A DNA stretch of 64,000 bases from Microthyrium microscopicum. Taxonomy: Eukaryota. The stretch lies in assembly GCA_010405405.1 (NCBI GenBank), contig MU004235.1, positions 448,538-512,537 on the forward strand, given 5' to 3'. A program made the translations under genes and the position numbers. This document shows, piece after piece, positions 41,101-54,371 of the stretch; the first letter of the stretch is position 1; each line of letters begins with the position of its first letter. Under the pieces are notes generated by a model. The model was given only the letters and a program-made list of their open reading frames with translations, was not told the origin of the DNA and did no database searches.

Positions 41101-42557
41101 CAGCTCCTCGGAGGTGAAATTGCCATCCAGATGGTGGGAATTCTAGGAGTGATAGGCAGCATAATAGTGGCATTCTACCACGGATGGAAACTGTCCCTGG
41201 TCGGCGTACTCGGAATAATGCCTGTCGTACTCATAGCAGGCTACTATCGTGTCCGACAAGAGAGAGACGTAGAGCGTCGCAATGCTGGCCTGTTCGCAGA
41301 AACAGCACAGTATGGGTCGGAAGCGATCGCTGGCTTCAGAACAGTCACTGCACTGGGAATGGAGAAGACCATTGTCAAAAGATTTGGCAGTCATATGCAA
41401 AGGCACATAAAAAAGTCCATAAAGACGGCGAGGTTCTCGACCGTGAGTCTAGCGTTCTCTGAAAGTGCTGATATGTTCCTTCAGGCACTGTTCTTCTGGT
41501 AAGTACTCCTGATCACTGAGTCTCTCATACTGAAGATCTGACTTTTCCAGGTATGGCGGACAGCTTCTATCGACAAAAGAGTACGACGTGAAACAATTCT
41601 TTGTCGTATACATGGCAGTGATCCAGAGCAGCTTATCTCTGGGAATGTGGTTTACTCTATCTCCAAACATTGCTAAAGCTACAGCTGCCGCTAATGGCAT
41701 AATAAAAGCTCGACCCAGTATATCCAGGAAGACGGCCCCTGAAATGCCAATTGGGAACCAGCCCGCCACACTGGAGTTCGACAATGTCACATTTACTTAT
41801 CCGGAGCGAGACACCCCTGCTTTAAGTGGCATAAGTCTCAAAATCGAGGCTGGGCAATTTGTCGCCTTCGTCGGAGCATCGGGGTCGGGAAAATCTACGA
41901 TGATCAGCCTGATAGAACGCTTCTACGAGCCTGGCGCAGGAAAACTCTATTTCGATGGTGTAGACATCGGCTCAGTAGACCCCAGATCATACCGAGCAAA
42001 CCTTTCTCTCGTAGCCCAGGAGTCCACCCTGTACGAAGGCAGCATACGAGACAACATCTCTCTTTCAGTGGAAGACGAGCTCGCCACCGAATCAGCCATT
42101 CAAGTAGCCGCCAAAGCCGCTCAAATCCACGACTTTATCAGCTCGCTCCCCGAAGGATACTACACTGAGATCGGGTCCAGGGGTGTCGCGCTGAGTGGAG
42201 GGCAGCGTCAACGTCTCGCATTGGCACGCGCTCTTTTACGTCGTCCACAACTTCTATTACTGGACGAAGCAACCTCGAATCTAGACTCGGAATCAGAAAA
42301 GCTGGTCCAAAAAGCCATTGAAGAAGCCGCAGGCTCGCAAACGATCATCGCCATTGCACATCGTCTTGCTACAATTCGAAGAGCGGATGTCATCTTTGTC
42401 CTTGGATCAGGACGAGTTTTGGAATCTGGTAGTCATGAACAGTTACTAATCCAGAGGGGAGTTTACTACGATATGGTAAGAGATCTATCCATATTCACGT
42501 CTAAACCTCATTCATGCTAATCGATATTAGTGTCAGGCTCAAGCCTTGGATAATTGA
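38150..42557 (+). CDS. Full-length ABCB/MDR1-type multidrug ABC transporter, (TMD-NBD)x2, multi-exon
   Basis: Two Walker A motifs (GPSGSGKS, GASGSGKS), two LSGGQ signatures and two LDEATS Walker B motifs. The final exon encodes CQAQALDN*. Confidence 0.95.
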
Positions 42558-43068
42558 TAGATTTCCGGTTGCCCTTATACCCATGCTTCTATTTCTCAGA
42601 TGAGGCTAGAAACTATTACACTTCTTACCATCCTTTCAAACCGTTTTTATGAGATCACACCATAACTCATTGATTTATGAATCGAGAATGACCCCATCAG
42701 CATTCATTATCGCCATCAGGAGCCTTCATTCAAGGCAAACCAAAACCCCTATTGAAAATCGATTGAAAAGCAGAATACAACCTACCTCATAGGTTAATTC
42801 GATCTTTGTATGCATTTCTTTCTTCATATAGAATCTTTAGCACTACATGTCATATCTCAGCATCATGATCCCATATCAACATTATATAATCTAAGCGTGA
42901 ATATAAACAACCATCCGCTAAATAGCAAACCCCTTTATGCTGACAACATCCTCTTCCTTATACAATCTGGCATGTCCCATTTCATTCATATCCAACCAAA
43001 ACCATTTCACCAAACCGATACCAGTCTGTCAAACCGATACCAACCAGCGAAATCAATACCAGCCCAGC

Positions 43069-44510
43069 TCACTCGACCGGACTAGCCAACGTCGCCCGAT
43101 CCATACTAACCAACGAATTCCTCTGCGACCCACTCGTCGCCACACTCAACCGATTCCTCGCCAGACTAAACTCATCCGAACTCATCGACTTCCTCGCCGG
43201 ACTCGTCAACCGCACAATACTATCCACATACTCCAACACCTTATCCGCTACCACCGCACTATGCTCTATATCACCAGTCAGCCATCGCATCACGTATCGC
43301 CCTGCTTGTGTGTGGACTTACTAATCGAAAAGCCATGCGGAACCTCCAACCGATCAATCTCCATCCACGGCCTCCACTCATCCCCCTCCTCCCCGCGTCC
43401 CCTCAACCTCATCAAATCATCCCTCGTCTCATCCGCCACCCAATGATCCCGCTCGCCAAAATAAAAATACAACTTTGGCCTCGCGACATTACTTGGACTC
43501 GGATGTACTGCGCCCCAAACCTCTGCGTCCCAGCGATCTCGGCCAATCGTACGCATCTCATCTGCCGCCATCGCGAGCGTTTGATGCACACCGCGTGGAC
43601 TTCGTAGCCAAGCGACGGTGACGGACAGGTTGTGCGCTTGCATCCGTGAGATGAGATGTGTGAGTTTGACGAAAACGGGTCGTGGGAGGGTGAGGCGGAG
43701 TGTGTGCACTAGAGAGGAGGTGAGGGTAGGAAAGAAGGGGACGCGCGCAAGGCTGCTGAACAGCCGACCGGAGCGGGATTCGTGGATATTAACGACTGTT
43801 GGGAAAAGACAGATTCCCGCGACGATATCTGGCTCTGGGCGACCCCCACCTCCCCGTGTGGCCTTGCTCGCTTTACTCGCTGCGCGGCGGAGCGGGATAT
43901 CTCGTGATGATGAGGAGTCGTCGCTGGTAGTTTGCTGGTCTTCCCATTTCACGCCCTTGCCGCGCTTTTTGCGCTCAAGACGTTCGCGGTGTCGACGCAC
44001 GAGTTCGAGGAGGATATATGCGCCTACGCTGTGGCCTACCAGGATGATTTTTGGCGCGCGTCCGGCGCCGCGGGTGAGTTGCTCTACGCATTCGACTAGC
44101 CTTTTTTCCACGATGTCGATCTGCTCATCCAGAGAATAGTATTTTTTCCGCCGTGCCCATTTTGGGACTTTGCTCTTGTTATCCACGTACTCATCGTCTG
44201 CGGCTCCGACCTCAAAGCCCGCCATACTTCGCCCATATACCTCAAAAACCACATTCCTCACATCCGCGCCGGGACCGTATTTCTTGCTCAGTCCGCCGTA
44301 CAGGATGTTGAGAAAGGAGCGGTAGTACTCGACTAGGCCTGGATTTCCAGTGATGAGGAATACGAGGTAGCGCTCTGTGCCAGGTGCGCGCGTGTTGGTG
44401 AATGGGTTGCGCAGGTAGATTGCGTCTTGTAGACCTGTGGAGTTCGTCGCGACGGCCGGTGGTTGGTCTGGGGTGCTCTTTTCGGAGGGATCCATACTGA
44501 GTCGGTTCAT
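43069..44510 (-). CDS. Lipid-droplet-associated hydrolase (LDAH/DUF2305-like alpha/beta hydrolase), 1 intron near the 3' end
   Basis: FLITGNPGLVEYYRSFL, YSLDEQI, GHSVGAYI (nucleophile elbow), LFPTV, YFGERDHWV and PHGFS/HSAVVA. Confidence 0.88.
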
Positions 44511-45459
44511 TATAGATATCGTAGTGCTGTTGAGGCAATTGGGATGCGCTGATGGAGAGAGTGTACGTGTAGAGCTAGAGCATGCGGCTCTACGTGGTGT
44601 GTGCCAACTTTTTGCTGTACTCTATCTTATTCCCAGGGCTAATGCAGGCCAGGTATCCAGCTTTCAGCCGTAATATGCAGCTGACAATGGGCAACTATCA
44701 CGATGGTAGAAGTTGCCAAGACGTGAAGTAACAGAGTATTAGCATTAGAAAGAAATGTAGCTCAAAAATCAGGAGAATAGAATGGCCACGTCGATAATCG
44801 CACTGGCAAGAAAAGAACACATGAAACTTGTCTTGCTTGTTTGCAATCTACGTCGCAAGTCCAGAAACCTTGGAACTTTAATATCGGCCCCCAGCACGAA
44901 GAGCCAGCTGGACAGCCGCAGCAAAAGATTGATATGCATGGGCTACATTGACGTCGCAGCAATTGAAATTGGATCAATTCGAAGAGAGAATCATGTGACC
45001 ACGCGTTTGCGATAGTACGGGATTTATCTTATTTTTGATAGCAGCCACAAAGTAGTTCATTTATGCACAATTAAAGAAAGGAGGACGTGGGAAAACAGGG
45101 CGTAAACGCGTTGATGCGGGCATGGATATAAGCTTTGGACTTGGCAGGGGCACAATTGCTTGTTTCTCGTGATGATCCAGCACTGACAAGGCTGGCAAAT
45201 GCACGGAGATAACTTCTACAAGTCTTTCCATTCATACGGGAGACTATTTCTAAAAAGATGGAATAAGTCTTTCGCAGACTCTAATTCTAGCCGTTGTCCT
45301 ACAGCTCAAAGTCTCATGCAAAAACCACGCAAAACAGGTAGAAGCAGCAACAAATCCAAACAAGAAAAAACGAACGCCTTGCTGTTTCGGTATATTATAT
45401 GTACATGTTGTAGGCTTTTGATAAACCGCACGCTGCTGAAAATTACATCATCTGAATCC

Positions 45460-48400
45460 CTATTGTCCTTGACGCTGGCGCATATTTGTCATGGCCAGCG
45501 TTGCTGGCGTGCCGACTGGTCGCTCGCCGGTCGGCGTTGATGGAGCTGGAGTCGCGCTCCGGCTGGGTTGTGCACTACGATTATGTGCCATGTGCGCGCG
45601 AACTAGATGGCCTGCTGCAAGGGCGGCGCAAAGTGAGAGTTCGCCAGCCAGTACCGCAGCGGCGATAATGCGGGCTAGTCTTCTGGCGTTGTCGCCAGGG
45701 GAAGTGAGATGTGCGCCGCGGACACCAAGTAGGTCGAGCATGGCGGATTGAGGCTCGAGAATGGTGCCGCCGCCAATGGTGCCGACTTCGATTGAGGGCA
45801 TGGATACGGAGATTTGCAGATTTCCGTTGTAGCTAGAAAGTATGTTAGTGTCGATTTGACGGAGAACTAGAGCAAAGAGACTTACTTCTTCATAATGGTG
45901 ATGCAGTTGGCGCTCTCAACAACTTGAGCTGGATCTTGACCAGTGGCTAGGAAGATGGCAGCAACAATATTGGCCGCATGTGCGTTGAAACCGCCGATAC
46001 TTCCTGCCATTGCAGACCCAATCAAATTCTTGCTAATGTTGAGTTCCACCATAGTATCAACATCGCACTTGAGAACGCTCTTAACCACATCAGCTGGGAT
46101 GATTGCCTCCGCTACAACACTCTTGCCGCGTCCGTCAATCCAGTTAATAGCCGAGGCCTTCTTGTCTATGCAGTAATTGCCAGAAATTGTGACAATTGTC
46201 ATGTCATCGAATCCAGCTTCCGTGGACATGACATTGAGAGCATGCTCTACACCCTTTGATATCATGTTCATGCCCATGGCGTCACCTGTTGTGGTCTTGA
46301 ACCGAATATAAAGATTTGTACCCGCAAGAGCAGTCTTCATCGTCTGTAGTCGGGCAAACCGAGAAGTGGAGTTGAATGCATCTTTCATGACCTTGGTACC
46401 CTCTTCAGAATCCAGCCAAAGCTTTGCTTCACCAGCTCGTCTCAAAGTATCGAAGGTAACACAAGGACCCCGAGTCATTCCATCTGCTGTAAGAACCGTC
46501 ACTGCTCCGCCTCCAGAGTTGATAGCTTTGCAGCCTCTACTTGTGCTTGCAACCAATACACCTTCTGTAGTAGCCATTGGTAGGAAGAAGTTTTGGCCAT
46601 CAACGTTTAGAGGGCCAGCAACTCCAACTGGAAGAGGTAGATAACCAATAACGTTCTCACAACAAGCTCCAAGCACTCTTGCGTAGTCAAAGTGCTCGTA
46701 TGGGAGGTTGGAGTGCTCCAAATACGTTGAACTGTCCCGTGTCGCATGAGTACGTGAGACTACAGATCTCCGGATCTTGACTGCTCGTGTCAAATCACCT
46801 AGCGTCTTCTCCAATGCATAGCCTGGAATTTTCCCTCGTATTGACAAATCAATCAACTCTTCGTCTGTAAGCTTAGGAGCTTTCTTCTCCTTAAGAATCG
46901 CTTCACACTCTTCTCGAGACCTCATGATACCGGAATCATCAGATGGGAGCCTTTCAGCGATTGGTTCCACTATCTGGGCCGGCTCGCGGATCTCGGGCGG
47001 CGGATTCTGATGCTGGACCTGACCAGGAATTTGGCGACCTTGGGGCGTATCTTGAACCTCAATATCTGTGGCTGGCGCGTCAGGTTTCACTGGCTCTTTG
47101 ATGGTCCATCGTGCGGCATTAAACAGATATCCGTTCAGCGCCAGACTCAAAATGAGTGCAGCAACAATCCACTTGCTTAAAATGGGATCCTCAAAGCTCT
47201 TCAGCACGCCTCCGACAACCTTGCCTCCCATGCCATCATACATCGAGCTGCCATCCGAAGAATCGTTGAAATCTGGAAGGGGTGCATAATGAATCGATGG
47301 GTACTCTAGCTCGTATTTTATAGGAGCAAGAACAGTGACAATTGTTGATCGATCATGTTGTCTTGCGGAGGACAATATCGAGTCCAGACCATTGGCGGCA
47401 ACTTTAAATGGATCCATTGGCGGTTGAGCCACAAGACTAGACAGCGCAGAGATGTCAATCTTTCCATATCCTCGGAATGGAATGGCGGCTAGATTGAAAA
47501 GATTAAGAGCAACGAATCCACCAACCATTAAGACTTTGAACTTTGGGATTGCACGATCGCCAACTTTGTTGCCGAAAATGGGAGCTTCGTTTCCAGCAAC
47601 ATCATCGCCATTCTCGTTTCTCGGCCAGTCATTGGCCGCTGCAACGTTTTCCGCGACCCGATGATTCACGCCATCATCTTCTAGAGCCTTTCTCAAGGCA
47701 ACATGGCGTTTAATGCGATTGATTTCCAGCTTGACAGTGAGTATAGCTGTGTAGAAAGTGAACAAGAGAATGCAGTCGAAGAACAAGATCCAAACAGCAA
47801 GGAAACAGAACTGTCGTAGTCCACCTTGAACTCCAGAAGCAGCTCCAGCAACTAGTATTGCCATTTCGAAAACGTAATCCCGTACTATGGTAAAACCATG
47901 TTCCTTGACAGCAATCTGAACAGCTTCCTGGATGCTAGGTAGGTTCGCTGCGTTGTCGTGTCCATTTTGGTGTCCATTTGCCACTGGTCGACGCCTCTTG
48001 TCCACTGATGCAGCGAGCACAGCCTTGGTGAGAAGAATTGGTTTCTCAAACCCAACAGTGATGACGAGAAATGGCAAGCCTTCAGATAGGAGAACCATAT
48101 TGAGTGACACTCCCAGTTTTGTGGTCACGATCAAACCGAATAATAACGCGAATGCCCCAGAAATCAAAACCGTAAATCCAAGCCAAAAGTTGGAACCCAA
48201 GCGTCTCATGGACGAAAATAACGAGATGAAAGTCAAGTGCATGGCTAGGTAACCGAGAATCATAATAACGATATCCAAAGCTTCTGCATTCTTTTCGAAA
48301 TTAGCAGATAACACGAATGGGAAGCAGATATACCAACTTTGAGTAGATCCAAAAAGTCCGAGAATCTTTCATAGGCCCATTTTCGAACGCCTGTGAAGCC

Positions 48401-49108
48401 TGGACTTTTCACAGCTCTCATGATCCATTGCTTTTCTTCCGACACGCCCTGTTCTTCGAGATAACGTTTCTCTGATGCATCTTTAGATACTGGCAGTTCT
48501 TTAATTGAACTTAAGAAAGCAGGAGTCTCTTCAAATGGCATAGAAAATGCCAATGTATAGTCTGAGGATATGGGAGATAGTCGGTTCGCTGAGATAGGCA
48601 AGGGTGCGGCGGAATAATTCGATGGAATGTTTACGGTGCGTGGCTGAGGAACAGCTTTATATGAACCCGATGCAGAGTCTGGGAATACGAGAGTAACCAG
48701 GGCAAACGACTAGAACGCGGTGTGAGTATTATGTCGCACAAATGTAAGTGCATTAGTACTGACCTGATCTGCTGGTTGGACAATTCCGGCCTTGTCAGTG
48801 GCCCATTTCCAGTTTGTATCTGGACCAGCGTATAGCTTCTTGCTGCCAGAAAGAATGTTATTAAAATCTATGCGACCGATAGCACTATTTATAGGAATCC
48901 TGCTATCGAAAAGGCTACTTTCTAGAAGACCGAGATATGTCGTGCTGGCGAGAATTGCGACTGAAACTATGGTGTAGATTGGATGGATACAAGCTCGTTT
49001 TGAACAGGTCTGGACCAGGGAGCTAACATTGCGACGAAGAGGGCCAGCAGGTTGGTGGGAATTGGGATTGCTCGTCCAAGACTCTGGCAGCAAGTATGAA
49101 AAGAGCAT
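45460..49108 (-). CDS. HMG1: 3-hydroxy-3-methylglutaryl-CoA reductase with sterol-sensing domain; introns ~48710-48763, ~48291-48337 and ~45833-45886
   Basis: HPIYT N-terminal motif, [17 protein letters not shown] (sterol-sensing domain), [38 protein letters not shown] and [11 protein letters not shown]. Confidence 0.98.
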
Positions 49109-49896
49109 GGCTGTGTCTAATTGTCTTCGAGTCTAAGTAGGAGGAATATAGGCGAATTCGGAGGTGAATTGGCGCCTAGAGAGGCCCCCGGGCGATATGG
49201 AAGCTTTGTGTTTCGCTTGGATAGGAGGAAGGACAAAGAGAAACAGCGATTGTGGAGGCAATATCTTAGTATTGTTGTTGGTAGTGAAAGCGTCAAGGAG
49301 GAGCCATTTCCAGAGGATTAGGGAGAGGGGAGAGCAGATCAAAGTCTTGATTTGGCAAAGAGTTAGTAGAGTAGAGTAGAGTAGGTAGGAAGTAGCAGAC
49401 TTGAAATGATGGTGTTGAAAAGCAGCCGTTGCCCGATTGGTGAAAATGGCAGTCGCGGTAGAAGGCCAGCAGCGACGTGGACAGGGATTAGCAACAGCAG
49501 ACTCAAGAGCAACCAAAAACGCGGAAGGTGCAGGGCTTGGCATGGCAGTGGCGTCGGCTGCCCCTTCTTTGATTTGATCGCTCCTTCTCAAGTTTCAACA
49601 CCCTTCACCGCCGGATTTCTGGCTCGTTGATTGGCCAATTGAACTTCTATAGACTCGAGTGCGGAACAAGAATTGATGGACGGTGATGATATTCTTTTCT
49701 TTTGCCTCATAACATCGCAATTTTTTAATCAACCATATTTTACCATATTTTACCCATGGTGCCCACCTCTACTCGATCATGTATGAACCAATACCAATGA
49801 AATCAACCAATTCCCTTGACAATTGATCTACATATCTACGCGGCTTCTCTCGTGAATCGCGGCTGTGTACTTATCCGTGTCCAACTGACCTCAATA

Positions 49897-49906
49897 ATCA
49901 TACCAT
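49897..49906. promoter_or_regulatory. Candidate SREBP (SrbA/Sre1-type) sterol regulatory element in the HMG1-Nudix divergent intergenic region
   Basis: ATCATACCAT resembles the fungal SREBP-site consensus (ATCRKMYSAT, recalled rather than computed). Several CCAAT boxes lie at 49630-49955. It is about 800 bp upstream of the HMG1 ATG. Confidence 0.3.
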
Positions 49907-50264
49907 TACCACGTATCTCGCATCGTTTATCGTATCCATCAACAAGATACCAATCACATTTGATACACTCCTCCCACACTTACTACTTGTAGCACTTTTC
50001 TAGGCATCTCTGGAGTCTGTTCATGTGAAGTGTACAGCCCCGATTGTCCATACGACCTTTGAAGCCCCATAAACATGGTCGGCTAGCACTTCCGCATACT
50101 AAACCTCCAACTTCATCTCCAACCAGACCTCGGCAACAAACACCACCAACCCACCTTGTCCCCTTCTTACCCCCGCCCCTATGTCACAGCTAATACATAC
50201 AATCAATATACAAACGCTTCTCCAATATACCGAGCTCCCATCACCAACAACCCGCCAACGTGTC

Positions 50265-51509
50265 ATGCCATTGCGCCCTGCAATCCTCCCAAAACCTTCC
50301 AGCCTACGACTCACGAACCCACCACCATACAACCTACATTCCTTTATCTCGTCCACCAGGTATATCACAATCGGCTCCCCAGCCCCGACTACAACACCAC
50401 ACATCCCACCAAGACGCACGACGACATCCCGCACCATGTCAATCTACACAGCGCCCAAAAAACGCACCCCAGCCCAACCCCGCCCCTCCGCCAGCGTCCT
50501 CCTAATCTCCCCAACAAACCAAATCCTCCTCCTGCACCGCGTCCGCACATCCACATCTTTCGCGTCCGCCCATGTCTTTCCGGGCGGCAATGTGTCCGAG
50601 GCCCATGATGGGCGGGTCCCGGAGCCTGATCATAAGGAGAGACATGTAGACAGTGAAGTCTATCGGATGGCGGCGATACGGGAGACGTTTGAGGAGAGTG
50701 GGATCCTACTGGCACATGATAAGGAGGGAAAGTTGCTGGGTGTGGGTGAGAAGGAGAGGGAGGCGGGAAGAAAGGAGATTCATAGTGGGAAGGTTACATT
50801 TCCGGAGTGGTTGAAGAAGCAGGGCGGTGTGCCGGATACTGGTAAGATATATGTACAAGCTTGGTGTATGGGGGATGCTGATGAAGTAGGTTCGTTGATA
50901 CCGTTTACAAGGTGGATTACGCCGCCGCAGGTGCCGAAGCGGTATACGACGCAGATGTATGTGTATTTTCTGCCGATGAGCGTACCGACGAACTATAAGG
51001 AGAGCACTACGGACATCACCACGCTACCAATTGATGGCGAGGCTGTGATCCCGACGCCGACGCATGATGGTGGAGTCGAACATACGGCGGCACGGTTTGC
51101 TGCGCCGAGCGCTTGGTTGGAGATGGCGAATGAGGGAAAGGTTATACTGTATCCGCCGCAGTATTTCCTGCTTACGATGATAAGCAAATATCTTAAGCCG
51201 ACTTGGGATGCGTACTCGACGATAGAAATGAAGAGACAGAGGAGACTGCTGGAGTTTTTCCTAAAAGGGGGCGATCCGCCGTGGACGGAGGCTTGTATTA
51301 GTCCAGTGACTATAGGAGGAGCAACGAAGGATGGCAGGGCGCTGCTTTCGTTGGAGAAGCCCGGTAAGGAGGTGGAGCATTTGGGCCGGAGAGGAGTCAA
51401 AGATTATGTGGTGTTGCTTGGTCGGGGGAAGGATGGAAATCCGAGTAATGTGGAGGTTAAGTCAAGAAATGAGGTTGCGGATATCATGAACAAAAAGGCA
51501 AACCTCTAG
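50265..51509 (+). CDS. Nudix hydrolase, NUDT19-like (CoA diphosphatase family); in-frame intron 50842-50889; start uncertain (50265 or 50436)
   Basis: PRPSASVLLIS..ILLLHR..SFASAHVFPGG, AAIRETFEESGILL (Nudix box), RWITP..PKRYTTQMY and LYPPQY. Confidence 0.88.
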   Translation: MPLRPAILPKPSSLRLTNPPPYNLHSFISSTRYITIGSPAPTTTPHIPPRRTTTSRTMSIYTAPKKRTPAQPRPSASVLLISPTNQILLLHRVRTSTSFASAHVFPGGNVSEAHDGRVPEPDHKERHVDSEVYRMAAIRETFEESGILLAHDKEGKLLGVGEKEREAGRKEIHSGKVTFPEWLKKQGGVPDTGKIYVQAWCMGDADEVGSLIPFTRWITPPQVPKRYTTQMYVYFLPMSVPTNYKESTTDITTLPIDGEAVIPTPTHDGGVEHTAARFAAPSAWLEMANEGKVILYPPQYFLLTMISKYLKPTWDAYSTIEMKRQRRLLEFFLKGGDPPWTEACISPVTIGGATKDGRALLSLEKPGKEVEHLGRRGVKDYVVLLGRGKDGNPSNVEVKSRNEVADIMNKKANL

Positions 51510-52036
51510 AAGTCTTGGCCGGTCCATAAAATATACAAGTGTAGTTTAATAAGTATTGGTATGTATGCATGCATGAAAATCGTTGTATTGTACAAGAGAC
51601 AGGTTCACAAGTTTCTCTTACCACAAAAACATGCTGCATCTCATAACTACAGCACCGTCATGACCAAAGCTATCATCACAACCCTCCTTTTGTTGCAATG
51701 GTAGTAAGCGCTTGGTAACACTTCGATCTTCGATCTTCTGTACCACAGAAACCAGGAGTGTTGAACACAGAAACTTTCCGCATGACTATCCACAGAAAAA
51801 TGCACTCTACCCTGCCAATCATGTCCGATCATGATCATAGCAAATATTCATCATGGCATGATGGCATGACCTTTAATCTTTGTGTAATATAAGTACCTAC
51901 TCAACATCTATATCCATCTGACTAGAATGCACATTCCAGCCGTGGTGTCAGACTCATGTCGCAGTCGATTTAACCTTTAGCGATTATCCTCAGATCCAGC
52001 AGTACACTATAAGAACTCGAGCGTGTCTATCAAGTC

Positions 52037-52522
52037 ATGATGCAGCTCAAACTCAATCCAGTCTTGCTCCCTAGCCTTTTCTCTCTTCTAACGATTCCCG
52101 CATCGGCCCTTGCGAAAAACCTAGAAAGTCCACGGCCACAAATTGGCGCTTTCCTCTTCAAAACCTGCGTCGATCGAGATCTTCAAGGCCAGTGCTTGTC
52201 GAACTACTACCCTTGGGGATGTCGTAAGAACTTCTCCCTCCAAAAAAACAATGTTGCGGCTAATCATAATTCGAGAGAATATTGAACCAGATCTCAACGA
52301 TCGCGTGTCCTCGATCCAAGCATACAATGAAGGTATCAAATGGACACTGTGGGTGTAAGTTCGAGATAGCATTGGGGATAATATGAGTAAAGGAAGCTGA
52401 AATTGCAAAGGGACGCAGATTGTGCAGGAGGAAGTGTAACGTATATTGGATCTGGAGTGGGTAATCTTGAGGATGTTGGCATGAATGATCGGATGAGTTC
52501 TTTGCAGTGGGATTTGGCTTAA
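52037..52522 (+). CDS. Small secreted Cys-containing beta/gamma-crystallin-like protein A (introns 52224-52275 and 52355-52410)
   Basis: Signal peptide; spliced ...KTCVDRDLQGQCLSNYYPWGC/QNIEPDLNDRVSSIQAYNEGIKWTLWV/DADCAGGSVTYIGSGVGNLEDVGMNDRMSSLQWDLA*. Confidence 0.75.
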
Positions 52523-53072
52523 GTGATAAGTAGTAAGAGAGCAAAGCAAGCTGTAGCTCTGAAGAAGAGCCATGAACGAATGTATGCAGTAGTACAAGGC
52601 TTTCGGTATGTACCTTCATGGAAAGATAAGACCTTACAATTAAAGACATTGTCTTTGCGTGCTACTCTTGAGAGGAATCTAATGCAAAAGGCGTAGGTAA
52701 CCATGCTTTAACTGTTTTAGTATAAAGGCTGATAGCACTCGACCTCTAGTAACGGGAACGCGAAGTAAGAACCTTGGAAACTTATCCTGCTATTTCGTTG
52801 GAGCATCACTTGGGATGTACCTTTAAATTTGGCACTACTGTTGTAGAAGGTTGCGCATTTTCAATATGGCCCACGTCTGAAGCGTTGGTGTGATGTGGAC
52901 ATCAATTATATGATCATCTGACCAAAGAAATGTACACTGTTGTAGTTTTATAGTTCAGATGCCATAGCAGGCTATAAAAGCTCGGTCTTACCCTTTTTGC
53001 TGAAGAAAGCAGATGAAATACAATCAAACAGATTTTCGCATCTTCCTCCATTGAATTATCTGCACGGAGAAA

Positions 53073-53545
53073 ATGAAAGTCCTCAGTATACTGTTGCTAT
53101 TAGTTGGCTGTATCTCTGCAACTGCAGCACATCCAAAGGAGCCATCGCCTGCGGAGTATCTTCGACTTAGAGCATGTGTAGGCCGAGATATCCAGGGCGA
53201 TTGTTTGGATGTTGAATACTCTCCAGGATGCCGTAAGCGTTTCTCGATTCTCGGTGATTGATGGGAATCAAGCTGATGAAGACTCCAGACGCAATCCGGC
53301 CCGACTATGATGATCGTGTGTCCTCGGTTGAAACATTCAATCCAGGTGTCAACTGGACAATATGGTCGTAAGTTCTAATACCCTACCTTAAGCAGACCTC
53401 GCGCGAGGAAACATGGCTAACAAGCTTGTACAGAGATCCGAGTTGTTTAGGACGGGGCTTGGCCATTACTGCAATTCTAATTGTGAATCTTGATGATTAC
53501 AATTTCAGCAATATGGTAAGTTCTTTGAAATGGGAATATATTTGA
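53073..53545 (+). CDS. Small secreted Cys-containing beta/gamma-crystallin-like protein B (introns 53233-53288 and 53368-53433)
   Basis: Signal peptide; spliced ...RACVGRDIQGDCLDVEYSPGC/HAIRPDYDDRVSSVETFNPGVNWTIWS/DPSCLGRGLAITAILIVNLDDYNFSNMVSSLKWEYI*. TATA-like CTATAAAAG at ~52972. Confidence 0.78.
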
Positions 53546-54036
53546 CATTATTGTCACATCAAGAAGCATAATCTGTGGGTGCTGTTTGGCTCCTAGGACG
53601 CTGCATATTAGTATTCAAGTGGGACAATTCTTGAACAAATAACAGTGCGAGCTCGCAAAGGCTTTCCAATAACTGGCAGCTGTGCTTGTATAATGACAAC
53701 TTTTCCAAGACAACCATAATATTCGGAAAGAACAGAATAGCAAACAAATCAGGATAATGCAATAGAATAACTTCGGGCTAGCTCTGATTGTCGCCTTGGT
53801 GATAGAGCTGTAGCTGAACGCTAGGGTAATATTTCTCAGCCTTGTCTTCAGCCTTATCAAACCCCTGCACCACGCACAGATCTCACTTACTAAGCACCCT
53901 AATTTTCCCACACCAAATTCCTCCCACCAAGTCCATCGCCAACATCAACCCATCACGACCGCCTTGCAAATCCAATAACCACTACGAAACAAACCCACCC
54001 ACCTCCTCTCCACACCTCCACACCTCCACCGTCAAC

Positions 54037-54371
54037 ATGGAAAACGAACGCGGCGAACTCGTAGATCTGTACGTCCTTCACTGCCTCCAAACCGTCCCAC
54101 CCACCACCACGAGCCCCTTCGCTAACGCTTCCATCTCTGTAGCTACGTCCCCCGCAAATGCAGCGCAACCAACCGCATCATCAAAGCCAAAGACCACGCC
54201 AGCGTGCAACTCAGCATCGCCAAAGTCGACGAAAACGGCCGCTACACCGGCGAAAACACCACCTATGCGCTCTGCGGATTCGTGCGTGCCATGGGCGAGA
54301 GCGACGATGCCATGAACCGATTGGCGCAACGCGACGGATTTCTCAAAAATGTATGGAGCGCAAGCCGGTAA
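54037..54371 (+). CDS. RPS21: 40S ribosomal protein S21 (eS21), intron 54069-54142
   Basis: [86 protein letters not shown]. Confidence 0.98.
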
